Assembly (NCBI GenBank): GCA_003427395.1
Contig: BFEA01000002.1
Span: 9,727,950 to 9,791,949 of the forward strand
Reading direction: 5' to 3'
Source: Chara braunii
Taxonomy: Eukaryota > Plantae > Charophyceae
Length of the DNA: 64,000 bases
The notes below the pieces were generated by a model, which did no database searches, had not been told where the DNA came from, and worked only from the letters and a program-made list of their open reading frames with translations. Positions 49,339-61,872 of this stretch are shown one piece after another (the stretch's first letter is position 1; every line of letters begins with the position of its first letter). A program made the translations under genes and the position numbers.

Positions 49339-52041
49339 TGTAGGACGGCAGGGGATGCCTCTAGTCATAGCCCTCCTCTCTCCAGCCTCCTAGCGAGCTA
49401 GGAGCGATGAACCGTATCAACCCTATGAGTTGGATCCTCTCGTCCCCCCACCAGGGTCCGGTAGTCACAAGCGAATAATAGATGTAGTGGCTGTCGAGAT
49501 CCCCTTTCGAGAAGTGCTCAAAATCTCCCGCGGTCAGATAGGCCTCAACCAAGCCCCCTATTCCGCTAGACATCGCGCCAACCACAAACGAGGGAATGGT
49601 CGCCCTCAATCTGCAGCCCGAGTGTGGGAAGAATCCGTCGCGGACGACTTGGAGCTCCCCTGCAATGATCCGGGGAGGGTATTTGTCGGTCCACAACGCG
49701 GTGTCCCGCTCCTCCTCGAGCCGGAAAGCCTCTACCTCCTCCTGAAGATATCGCTATGCCCAACCGATGATCCCATAGACTCCCCACTTCACAAGAGTCA
49801 AAGCAACCTTCTTGGCTACTTCTGGACTCAAATACGGGTAGGCTTTGACCTCCCCATAAGCGGTCTCTCCAAGACGTCGGTCGTAAGGGCTTTGGCTGCT
49901 CCTTAGCTCCCGATATATCCAGAGTCAAGCGTCATGCCACAGAAGGATCGACCTCCACTTGTACCGGTCGTCGTGCCAGCAAGTGGGTCGAGAAGGTAGG
50001 GTAAATTCCACCACATTACCCTCTATAAGCTCGGGAGGATCATTCACCCAACATCGGTCCACCGCATACTCGTCTACTGTCGAGGGTGGCCACATCCATC
50101 TACTTGTTCTCTCTAGCTTTATATGGCAGTAGAGGATAAGAAGGGGCAGAAAAAAAAAGTCAAAAAACTCAAATTTTCAGAAAAATTTTGGCAGCATCTA
50201 CCCTCCCTCCGTTGGGATCGGGTTCGGGACAATGTCCCTCTAAGATGACAGTCGAAAACAAATCCTAGCCTACCTAAGATACGGATGGTGCCGAATTCCA
50301 GGCTCGAACGGAGTCCACACGTCTTTTAGTCCGGTTTCTTCGAATATAAGGCGAGGGTTGTATTCGAGGGAATTTGGCCTATCCCACCCTCGAGCGCGAT
50401 TCCGACCAGCAGAACTCGACCCTTAGTCAGAAACTCAAAATCGGATGGGGTGGTACCTGTTCTTTAAATTTTTAGGCCACTATATGAATTTTAAGAAATT
50501 TTTAAAATTTTAATTGATAAAAAATCTAAATATACGAGAAATTACCAGTACTACACTCCCAGTACCTAAGGGGGGTAAGTACAAATCCAAACCGAAGCTC
50601 AAGGCAAGCTCCAAGTCCTTTTTGTCCTTTGTTTGGATTACTTTTTGTCAAAATTAGATTTAATTTTAAAAAAAACTCGTTTTTTTTTTTTTTTATTCCT
50701 TAGATTGGCAAGACAGATCCTACCCTAATGCAGATATGTCCCGTCAACCATTTTTATCCCTTTTTTTGTATTTTTTATATTAATTAAATAAAATTAGAAT
50801 TAATTTGAATAAATTTCTTTTCTTATTTTATATCTCTTAAGGGTTGGGATATATCGAGGTCTGCCAATTTTTAAAATTTACTGGTGAAGAAAAATATTTC
50901 TAAGAAATTTCTAAAACTTTTGGCAGCATTCCCCCCCCTTCCCTCGTTGGGATTGGATTCGGGACGGGTCCCTTAATTAAAGCTTCCGGAAGGAAAACCA
51001 AAGTAAAATAAATGAAAAGCAAAAAATTGATTTTTAATAATTTTTTAGATATATATTTATTATTTTTATCAATTTTATTTACAAAAATTCAAATTACTTC
51101 TTTCCTTTCGTGCATATATCCCATGCGAAAGATTCCCGAGTCTCCTCGGTTCTCGTCCGCAGCAAGGTCCAAAAGTTACAATTAATTCTAACCCTAATAT
51201 ATTCTTACTTGTTTTAATCATGTCTTAGGGTTTCCTCCCCAATTAGGGTTTCCCTCAATTAGGGCTTAGGGTTTTGCGCGCCACCGCACACGCACCGTAA
51301 ACCCCGTATCACCGCGGAGTTTTTTTGTGGTAGATCATATATGTCAAAAACAAAAAGTTATCGATTTTTTTTAATTTTATTATTATCCCTTTTGTTTCAA
51401 ACGAATTAACAATGAAAATTACAATTCCCTTATATTTTTTTTCCAGTTTCGTTTCTGTTGAGGGTTGTTGTTTTTCCAAATGGAGCCTGTTCTTCCCGAC
51501 TAATGTCTCAAAACGTCGGGAAAAATAAACGGAACAACTTCGCCTGAAGCAGGCATCCTCAAATTCCTTTCCAATTTTCCGAAATTCAAAAAAAAAAAAA
51601 AAATATATTATCGGAATAATATTTAAAAAAATAAAAAAAATTGATTATCTTCAATCCTTGTCGTTATATTTTCTCGAAAAGAGTACCAGAAGTTTCGTCT
51701 TGACGCAAGGAAGAACTTTGATCTGGGGGCGGCTTGCGAAAAAACGCCCGGATCAGGAGATATCGCAAAAAAAAATGATAAAAAAATATAAAAAATATGA
51801 AACTAGTCCAGATGAACTAATCCAACAGACTAATTAGCACGTGGCTAATCAGCCTGCGCACCCCCGTTCAATTGGGGAAGGTCGAGGCCTTGGGGGTGCA
51901 GTCCCCTCCCCGGTAACGGCGCCCGGGGAGTTGTCGTCCACTATTCGCTGAGGCCAAGGGCAACACCGTTTGTCACTCGTTGCGCCCGCGTCAGAGGTCC
52001 TCAGCGATCAGTACTAGTAGGGTAGTTGGGTTTGTGTAGTC
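49339..52041 (-). mobile_element. Probable LTR-retrotransposon-derived element with an orphan ORF, AT-rich leader and structured end; boundaries uncertain
   Basis: TGTAGGAC terminus; duplicated TTTTGGCAGCA..CCC motif as in the Gypsy leader; telo-box cluster at 51190-51275. Confidence 0.45.
49361..50095 (-). pseudogene. Decayed orphan ORF, 245 codons with two internal stops
   Basis: MWPPSTVDEYAVDRCWVNDPPELIEG...ALWTDKYPPRII...GWREEGYD* in one frame. Confidence 0.55.
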
Positions 52042-52084
52042 TGTCACACCCCCTCTCAGGGACGCTACGGGTGACCATACCCAC

Positions 52085-52487
52085 GAGCCAAAACAAAACT
52101 CGTTTCACAGATATCAGCGAGAGACTCGCCGAGAGTAACCCTGATTCAAACCTAGATCTGATTCACCGAGAACATCAAGAGTAGAGCGAGCCCAAAACAA
52201 GGTTCTATTCATAAAGATCACCAGGGGTAACAGCAAGCCAAACAAGGCTCGATTCGATGTGAGCAGCAAGATTAATCGACGGCCAAAACAAGATTTGATT
52301 CACCGAGATCATCAAGAGTAGAGCAAGCCCAAAACAAGGCTCTATTCACAAAGAACAGCAAGAGTAACAACAAGCCAAACAAGGCTCGATTCGATGTGAC
52401 CAGCAAGATTAATCGACAACCAAAACAAGATCTGATTCACCAAGATCATTAAGAGTAGAGCGAGCCCAAAACAAAACTTTGTTCACA
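52085..52487. repeat. About 135-bp tandem repeat built from about 45-bp subunits
   Basis: Recurrent GCC(C)AAA(A)CAAG(G/A)..(G/T)ATTC and AAGAGTAGAGC(G/A)AGCCC. Confidence 0.8.
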
Positions 52488-55400
52488 GTTGTAGGCAATT
52501 ACATTAAAACGAAAGTTGTTTTCCCATATACTTTCTCTAACCCTTTCTTTCCTGTTCTTCTTCCCCGACTGATTCCCTCTTTTCTCTTCTCCCTTGAACG
52601 CTGGTCTGGTTTACCCTAACCCTAATCTAAGATATCCATACCAACCAGCCAGTCTCTGTCGAGCCAATACTGTATACCAATCAAGCCTCTACCCGGTCTC
52701 TTCTTCTTTTTTTTTTTTTTTTCTTTTTTTTAAGCCCCCCCCCCTGCAATGCTAGTGGTGCTGATAAGAGCAGACACCACTAGCACCTGAGGAGGGGCTC
52801 CATCTCTTGGTGGGGAGCATCACCTGCTGGAAAACGGGTCCAGCGTCCCATTACAGATTTGAAAAACAGAATGAATACAGGCTGAATCAAGAGGAAGTAG
52901 CTGTGAACCCTGCCAGCATTGATTACTCTGGCAACCAGAGGATTGGTTGTGTAGGTTTGCTAAGGGAGGGGAGAGAACCTCTTCCCCCCAGTACCAGGCG
53001 CCAGATATCTACTGTTAAAGAACTAGTTCCTCCCACCCTCCTTGAAAAAGCTGAGTTAAAAAAACTGAGGAAAAAGAAAATCTTCACCCTAAAACCAGCG
53101 CCAGATATCTGCTGCTACATATCTGTTTCCTGCTACACAGGGGATCGACCGAGCAGACCTGTACCACTTCCTTAGTTTTTGGAAAGCATCCCCTGCTGAA
53201 GATCGAGTCCAGCATCCAAGCAGCCAGTAGTTTGTAGTGTAGTCGATTTGAACCTTGAATTCCACCATCGCCTTCCATATCTCTTCCGTGTCTCTTTACT
53301 CAAAACTGGTACCAAGGCTGCTGCTCACTCCAAGCTCGAGTTACTCAGGTTGCCGGTTTAACAGCTCCAGCGGAGGGCAAGGAACATAGAATGAGCGGGG
53401 TCCTCCCCAGGGGGCTCCGGGGAGGATTGTGAAGGCCATGGAGCACATTTATAGCAACACTTCTGCCAGTGACAGGCCGTGGGGTGGGAAAGGATCTGGG
53501 AGATCCAAGGGAGAGCGTAATGCGAATGAGGGTTCTATGTTAGTCCAATCTTTGAAAACTAAGTGGTGAGCTCTTATTCTATCTAACTCTCTAAGCCCTT
53601 CTCCCTGATCCCCGCTCCATTCTACCTTTGCAATCCATCTCTCCCTTTCCCCTCCTACCCAGTCAGTGCAAAAAGTCGTGATTCGTTTCCTGACATCTCC
53701 CATTTGCTTGAACTGGTCTAATTGCACTTTTGTGTCCAACCATCTACGTGTGAGCTCAAGGTGTATTTGTTGTTGAATCTGTTCAGTAATTTATGCGCCC
53801 TCCACCCGTACCTTTTCCATAGCCAGGGTGCATCTTTGCCACCATAATGCCCATATCACTTCCCTCCTTCCCAGTCTGTACATGTTCCCAACAAAGGTCG
53901 AAGTTGTTCCTACCGGCAACCAGTGTCCTGCCAATATAGCTTGCCATCACCAGGGTCAGGGGATGTCTGGTTCCATTTCTGCCATATGCGGTCCAACCAC
54001 CTTCATATGTATTGGGCAATTGAACGCTGCATGAAAATATGTTCAATGGTTTCTGCCTTCTTGTGGAAGGGGAAGAGACTCTGACATCGCTGGCACCACG
54101 GAGGCAACAAGCTTTTTTGTTCAAGGTTTGTACGGTCAGTTAACCAGTCGTTGGTTGGCAGGCAGCGGTGGGCTATCTGCCACTGCAGAGAGGTAATTTT
54201 CATGGGTTTGTACTTTTGTTCTTTAAACCATTGGATTGGAGTCAGGAGAGCCCGATCCACATTTAATTGTCTGGCCCATCGATCATTAATTGTGTCCCTT
54301 AGGCGTCGTTTAGGTCTAAGCATTTTATAGACCGATTTAATCGACAGCTGGTGCAGATTAATGTGGCTTGTCCCGGGGGAACCCTTCTTTGGGGGGGATT
54401 GCCAGATCCATTCCACTGGGTCCAAAGCCAGCTCCTGGATTGGTTTGTCTGGCTGGAACGCCACCTTCAGTCTTTTTTCTTCGATAACCCTTACTTGGTG
54501 CACTGATACTCTGTCCCTCCATTCCAAGGGAGCTCTACTCCCTTGGAGGGTGTCTGTACTGGTGGTGCCGTAGGACTCAACTAAGACAGTTTGGGGCGAC
54601 ACCATATTTATCAGGCAAACCCTCAATGGGGTCTCTGAGCTTGCTACCCAATCACCTTCTCTCAAGGAGGGGCCGCGTTTGAGGATACGGTACCACTCTA
54701 GTGGGATGATTTACATAAGATTTTCCAGAGCTTCCTCAACGTGGTGGCAATATCTTAGGGTTGCTCGCAATTGTTCCCATGTTTTCCAATCTTGTCTTTC
54801 ATTGTCTCATAAATCCCCTACCCTAAGTATACCGTGATTAACCCAGTTTTTCCAGGGTGGTGATGAGCTCGTCATAACACAACCCTTTGTGTCTGTCACC
54901 CATCTATTCTCAAAGAAGGGTTGGCGATGGACCTCCTCCCAGCGGTCAGGGTGAGTTCGTTCTGGGAACGGGAGTTTGTGCCATGTTTGCAACAGAGATG
55001 GCCGAAATTTGACCAGTAATTGACCTCCTCCTTCCTCCCCCTCCTTTTTATGTGGGAGTTTACGCGGGATTGACTAGAACCGGTCTTCTAGCCAAGTCAG
55101 TGGGTGAATCGTATGGGGGGTGGTCGAGGCCAAACGGGCCAGGAGTTCCAAAGCTAGAACATACCACGGGCTTTGAGGGGCAAAAATTAATTTTTTAATC
55201 AATTTTATTTGTAATGTCTGCGCCTGCGTGGCCGGATCGAGAATTCTCAAGCCTCCTCCTACTTTTGGTTGGATAATCGAGTCTTAGGCCACTCGGCTTA
55301 TTACGTTATCCTGCTCTTCATTCCCTCTCCACAAGAAGGCGGTTGCCTTTTTCCTCAAACCCCTCAAAGTTGTTTTACTCAACGGCCATAACAAAGACTT

Positions 55401-56556
55401 GTACCATAAGGATGCAAATACCACATTGTTGAGCACCAAAGCCCAACCAAAAAGGGATGTGGGTTTATTTTTCCAACTACTTAGTTTATGTAAGGCTGGG
55501 GTGCTGATCCATTCGTCATTGGTTGGGGGTCGTCCCCCTGCAGTCATGGATACCCCTATAATTCTTATTGGGTTATTTAATGGTGTTCATGCAACACGTG
55601 GTGTTTCTGGGGGGTGTCCGCCTTGGTGGTAAATCCACCATCCTTGTGTCTTGGACCCCCAGTTCACCGTCATGTCCAAAACCTTGGCAAACCTTTTCAT
55701 CAACCGTTGCATTTCCTTCATGTTACGGTGTGTGGCCTCCGCTATTATCGTGAGATCGTCCGCGAACAAGGAACATACCAGGATTGCCTCCTCCAGGATG
55801 GCTGTAATCCGTATTTTGGCGATGTTCTTGTTTGTTCGAAGGTTGGAAGCTAATGCCTCCATGATGATTAGGAAAAGGAAGGGGGCAATAGGGTCTCCTT
55901 GGCGGACCGAATGTTCTAAGTGCAGGGGTGGCACGGAATTTTCATTGACTTGAACACATGTAGTGGCGTTTTGATGCAGGATTTGTATCCATCGTCTAAA
56001 ATCCGGACCAAAATTCATTTTTACGAGACACTTATCCAAAAACAGCCAGTCCACATGGTCATAGGCTTTTTTCGAAATCAATGAAGATCAAGGCCGCGTT
56101 TTGGCGGGAGTGTTTCGTAAGCTAAAGGATCTCGTTGATCAACTACATGTTTTCCTGTATATTCTTACTTTTCATGAAACCACTTTGTGTCGAATGAATG
56201 ATATCCTCCATTACCGGAATCATCCTATTTGTCAGAGCTTTGAACAACATTTTGTAGACTACCGTGAAAAGCATTATTGGTTTGTAGTTTCTGAGGTTCA
56301 TTTTATCCCATTTTTTATATAAGAGCGTTAGTATCCCTTGCCCCACCCTTTCCCCTCTCCTGTGAGTCATACTTCGTTATAGAAGTTCATAACTTCCTGA
56401 CCCATAAAATCCTAAGTGGTTTCCCAGAATTCCTTGGGGAATCCGTCTATCCTGGGAGTCTTGTCCTCCTTCATTTGAAGAAGGGCAGTCCATATTTCAG
56501 TTTTGGAGAGCGAGGCTTCTAAGGCGATACGTTGTTCAAGCGTTAGTGTCTTGTTA

Positions 56557-57715
56557 ATTTTTTTTTATTATTATAAGAAAACCCCGTATTTACAGGAAGG
56601 AGTGATGGTAAGAGGATACACTCCTTCCCGATTCACGGAGGGCTCCAATCTATTGGTGGGGAGCAACACCTGCTGGAAAGTGGGTCCGACGTCCCCTTGA
56701 ATACAATATCATATCAGTAGCATTGATCCAAGAAAAACGACCAATACCCCCTTCCATCCAAAAATAGAAGAGTTTTAATGTCTCTTCACCCATCCTGGAC
56801 GCCAGAAAGAACTTGCAAAACAAACACCTATCCTCATTCATTTTCATAACACCCCAAAAGAGGGAACCTTTTTCTCAAAGACTATTCAAGGGGCTATCCA
56901 TACCAAGAAACAAGGACTAAACAGTTACTTGGAGGGGGAAAGAAGTCTGGAAACTCACAGACAGGACAGAGGGTAGTAGAAGAGTCATGAAAAATCAGCC
57001 GATAATTCCTCTTGATGGACTCTTGAGAGTTAGTGTGTCCTTCTTTCCAAATTACTTTACCCAGTCTCCCTCCCCGGTCCCCGCCCAACCAGCATTTGTT
57101 GAAAAGATTGATTTGATGCCAAATATCATTTCATAAGGAAAACTGAAGAAGTTTTTCTTTTAATTGTTGCCAATTAACCGAAATTATTGTTTGAATATGT
57201 TGCTTGATAGAATCTGTAAAATCCGGTCTATCCAATCGGGCACCCTCCATTTCAAAGGTGCATCTTCTTGTCCAAATTGCCCAGATGATGACTTTTCTAC
57301 TTATTGAGAATAAATTAGCAGTAAACTCATCCTTTTGGCCGGGATGCCAACAATCCAGAAGAAGGGTCTTCCAGTCTCATGGCCACGCCTGGGACGTACC
57401 CAACTGGTTTCAGATCCTTACCCACCATCTCCACAGTCAGATCGACCCTGGACATTGCAAGAAAATATGCTCAATCGTTTCATGAATAAGTTTAGAAGGA
57501 AACGATGATTTACATAGTTTGCACCATGGGAAGGTTAATCCCTTCTGTTCCGACGATGTCCTATCAATAATACAATCATTTGTGGGGAGACGTTTATAAA
57601 CAATTTGTCATTGTAGAGAGGCTATATTAGCAAGTTTGATTCTGGTTGGTTGAAAACACTTAAGTTTTCTCAGATTGTCCTTACTCACGTTCTAAGAACT
57701 CATTTATCAGGTGAT
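56557..57715 (-). mobile_element. Nested 5'-truncated LINE (ORF2 C-terminus plus 3' module)
   Basis: FPDFFPPPSNCLVLVSWYG* at 56894 and the module at 56590-56698. The host LINE reading resumes at about 57720. Confidence 0.85.
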
Positions 57716-57947
57716 CATGTTGTGACATGTCAGATTTGTCTACATGGGACAAGAAAAGATCTTTGTAGAAGTGTTTCTATTGTGCAGCGAACTGTGGTTG
57801 TGGCCGAGTCTGCTTCCTTGGCATTCGGTTCGTAAAGTGCTTCTATTGTGGTTTTGTGAATATATGCTTTAGCCAGGTTGAAGAAGTGAAAATCCATCAC
57901 CCGTTCGGTAGAGAGACGAGATAATCGCGCCCTCGTTTGGGCTCCTT

Positions 57948-58269
57948 AACAGCCATTTCGTCAAAACGGACGTATTATATTTTTTGAACGAAATCAAAAC
58001 TGACTTTTTTTGCCAAAATCCGGTCGGAATTTTTTGCTCCTGGGGGTCTGGCGTTCCCAGATGGCCGGACCTCCTACATGTAAAAAAAAATAATAATAAA
58101 AAATTGTTTGTATCTGGTCTCAACCATAGACCAGATACATGTAGGGGGTCTGGCGTTCTGGGAACGCCGAGCCCCCAGGAGCAAAAAATTCCGAACGGAT
58201 TTTGGCAAAAAAGTGAGTTTTGATTTCGTTCAAAAAATATAATATGTTCGTTTTGACGAAATGGCTGTT
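57948..58269. mobile_element. 322-bp foldback MITE with 4-bp TSD CCTT
   Basis: CCTT|AACAGCCATTTCGTCAAAACG...CGTTTTGACGAAATGGCTGTT|CCTT. Confidence 0.92.
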
Positions 58270-61200
58270 CCTTGCCATCTGTATTAAGCATGTCTGAAAA
58301 GTTGATCTTTCAATTCTTGTACGTGGGTTAGTAGTTCATCAGATTTTTGTTCCTGCCCTTACGAAATTTGCTCTTGTTCTGCGTCTACTAGGCGCTGCAT
58401 GATTGTGACTTCTTGTTGATATCTCTGAGCAGCCAGGTGTTTGGAATATTCGTTACATTTTTTTGCCATGAAGAACAAACCATCATTGAACCAGGTGATT
58501 TGTGATGCTTGTTGGGGGCGGTGGTCTTTCCAGAAGTCCCAGGCGCGTAGGTATTTTTGAAAGAAGTTAGTTTTGAGTAAGGAAGTGTTTAGTTTGTAGT
58601 AACTGGCCCCTTGGTTAGACCGTTTACGAAATGTCAACACCCCTATACACATTCTATGGTCTAGTCCGGGGTATGGGTTGGTCGGTAGTATTGCTGTTAC
58701 AGAGAAGCCTCCACCTAGTTCCTCTGTGGCCAGGATTAGGTCTATTCGAGATCTTGAGAGTCTGGTGGGGTCATTGTTTTGGATGCATGTAAAGGTCTTT
58801 TCAGTAGGGTAGGTGCGTCTGAAAGTGTCAAAAAGTGAGAGCAGGGTGCACAGGTCTTTCAACATTTGTTCATCCTCTTCCGCATTATGAGCAGAGGTGT
58901 GGGGGACCCTCCATCTGTCCAACCACCTATCTGGTGCTGCATTGAAGTCCCTTGCTAAGATCAGGGGGACATCCGAGGTGGGGATTGTTTCCATTTTCTG
59001 AAAAAAAGGCCCTCCGTTCCCTGGTCGTGTTGGGAGCGTATATGGAGATTATGCATACAACTTCTAGTTCCAACATGCCCAGTATTTTGACCCATCGACC
59101 TTCTTCCTCATCATTTTCCCAGTTGAGTATTTCGGGTCGCGAGTGTGGTGGAATCCAAATTGTTACACCTGTACTGTCTGGACAGGAGGCAAAAGTTTGA
59201 TAGCTTTGGAAGGGCCAGACTTGTTTGTGGGCTCTATGGTGTTCGGGTGTGTCCATTAAATGGGTCTTCTGAACACAGACTACATCCGACCACGCTCTTC
59301 CCCCAACTCCCTTCACTAGATCCCATAACGCTTTAGTTTTTCTCCGGGTTGCGGGATGCTAAGCCATTCACATCAATTGTTATGATATCCAGGTCTGCTT
59401 GCTGCAGGATGTAATTCCATTTTTTATTCTTCCCGTATACCACCTCAACCCAATCCATTGTGAAGTTTTTGCAACCATTAGACCCTCCCCTATTTTCTGA
59501 GCAACTGGGTCCATTCCTATGACTCCCAGTCTACCCCCATATTGATGATATTTTTCCTTAGAATTGTGCAAATACGTGTGAGTAATTCTCAGTTGTTGAG
59601 TGTCCAGGAGCATGTTGTGTGTATTCCAAAGCCAACCAGCCTCCTTATTCTCTTCAAATCTCACGTAGAGGTCTTTGTAGGCCATCTTCAGTCCTTCTGT
59701 TGAGACACTAATGATGGTCATTTCTCCTGGTTCGTAGTGGTCGACGATGAAGTCTGTAATTGTCTGGGTCTTTAATATCCCTTCCTTTTGCATATGCCAT
59801 CCTTGTAGTATCATTCCTCCATAGGAGGGGGTATATGGGTCTTTGGACTCACCAGGTGACAAACCCAATTCTCATTTTTCGGCCTTTTTTCTAATTGGCA
59901 ATATCAGAACCTTATCCCCCTTCGGCATGCTTTTGTGATATAACCCTTTTTCAATTAGATGACGTATTTTAGCCCGCTTTGAGGGGCTTATTCCCTCTAC
60001 TGCGGCTGCCTCCCCCTCTCCTTGTTTGAGATGCAGGGTTATTAGGGGTTGTTGCTTGTCCTCGTTTATAGGCGGTTGGTCAGGGGGGTGTGGGGGGGGC
60101 TTGTCAGTCTGCTTGAATGTGTTGGATGTGTTTGTGGGAATGGGGGGTTGGAACTTCTGGTGCACAATGTTCCAGATTTTGTTCAAGACTTGTTGCCAGT
60201 CAGTTTATGGGGGCAGACCCTGCTCTAACGCCTGTTTTAAGTCTCTATCCGGTCTCACACCCCATTCTAGCTAGGTTACAGGGCAGCGCCACCCACCCCA
60301 GCGTCGACCTTCGTCGGCCAGATTGTAGCCTTTGGTCAAGTGTTGTAATTGCCTTCCACCCTTAGCAATCCACAGATCTCTATCCAAGCCTCAAGCTCCT
60401 ATAAAGGTTACATTGCGATGCCCCAGCGCCGGTTAGCGTCGTTCTGATTTCTACTCAACCTGGGCAAGAACACAATAAAAGCTCAATTAGGAGATCAACC
60501 AGACTAGAATGTAACCTAAGAATTCTGATCTGATAATAGTGGGATCCTGAGCAAACAACCAATCTGATGATGGTGATGATGATGATGATGATGATGTTGA
60601 TGTTGATGTTGATGTTGATGATGATGATACTTGACATTGATTGACCCTCCCCTATCCACCGCTCCTCTTTTCCCCTCTTACCACCCCTCCCCTCCCTTGC
60701 TACCTTCGCTAATCAGAACCACTCTGTTGTTGAACGGTTCCTCACAGCCTCAACAATAGGAGAGCCTCCCTCTACCCTACTCCCCTCAAAGAAGGTTGTT
60801 CCCGTAAAAAAACCTACCTCAAGCTATCTCTGTCCTACTCTGCCACCGCTAGTAGATGATGTTCCACCTTCCATCTCTCCTAGCCCCAGAGTTAGGCAGT
60901 CCCCCTTGTCCGCCCTTATTCCCTAAATAGGCAAAAACTTCCCACCTTATGTTTCCCCTGCATAAAAGAACTTTCCCCACTCAATCCATCCACATGTGGT
61001 TAACCAGGGGTAATATTTTCGACGAATTTGCACTGAAACTGTCACATTGTGCTGATTTTTCATTTTTTTTTTTTGCTTTAGGGTACGTCATGTGCCCGAT
61101 TTTGACATGTTTGGATCAATAATGAAAAAGTTGGTATTTCATTGAATTCGTTGGACGCTTCATTTTAACTCCGACATTGTTTTTGTGTTAGGGTTTTATA

Positions 61201-61839
61201 ATGTTTTTTTGTTATTATTTTCGTTCTCTTTGGCCTGTTTCTTTTTTTTTGTTTGCCGGCGAAAAACGCCGAATATTTGGCCTTCCGTTAACCATCTCTC
61301 ACTTTTCACGCTGACACTTCGCTGCCTCCGCTGAACAGAAGTGCCCTGATCAAGAGCAGTCCTAATCAGCCCCAACTAGGGTCAGACTCACTCCTCCCAT
61401 TCTCCCTACAAGGCATACCGTTCCCGCAAAAGTATGCCTCCATCAGCCCTTTGCCCCAATCTGCCACCGCTGGGATATAATCCCAGCCCCAGATTAGTTC
61501 AATCCCCAAAATCTGCCCTTGCTCCCAACAGGGCAATCACCTCCCACCTTGTGATGCCCCTGCAAAGGAAAGCTCTCCCCCATCTTACCATCTCGCCCGA
61601 ATCCAATCATTAGTTAACGAAGGGAGAGTTAGAAAAGAGGAAAGCAAACTCAATGAAGATGACAAGTGATGATGACGGCGAGAAGTGCCCTAGGATGAAG
61701 AGACTAACGAATAGGTTAATGAAAAGAAGCAGCATAGTGATGAGGAAGACCCACTGCACCCTGATGATGTCAACAATCAACGTGAAGATGGCGAGAAGCG
61801 TCGTGCATAGTGATTGAAAGCAGCGCACTGTGGCATGAA

Positions 61840-61872
<33 letters not shown>

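Larger units (their letters stand above)
52704..60420 (-). mobile_element. L1/Tx1-like LINE with its 5' ORF1 part missing, carrying a nested LINE and a MITE
   Basis: EN (IYAPN, DFN, SRIDLI, GLDH); RT (KAYD, RQGDPIAP, LFADD); HRCLPTN..C..C..ETIEHIF; 3' module at 52745-52849; poly(T). Confidence 0.92.

Noticed and set aside
49334-52487. TCACA as a TSD for a single 49339-52482 element
   Set aside because: The right end would not finish in CA, and the pentamer recurs within the local tandem repeat, so it is probably chance.
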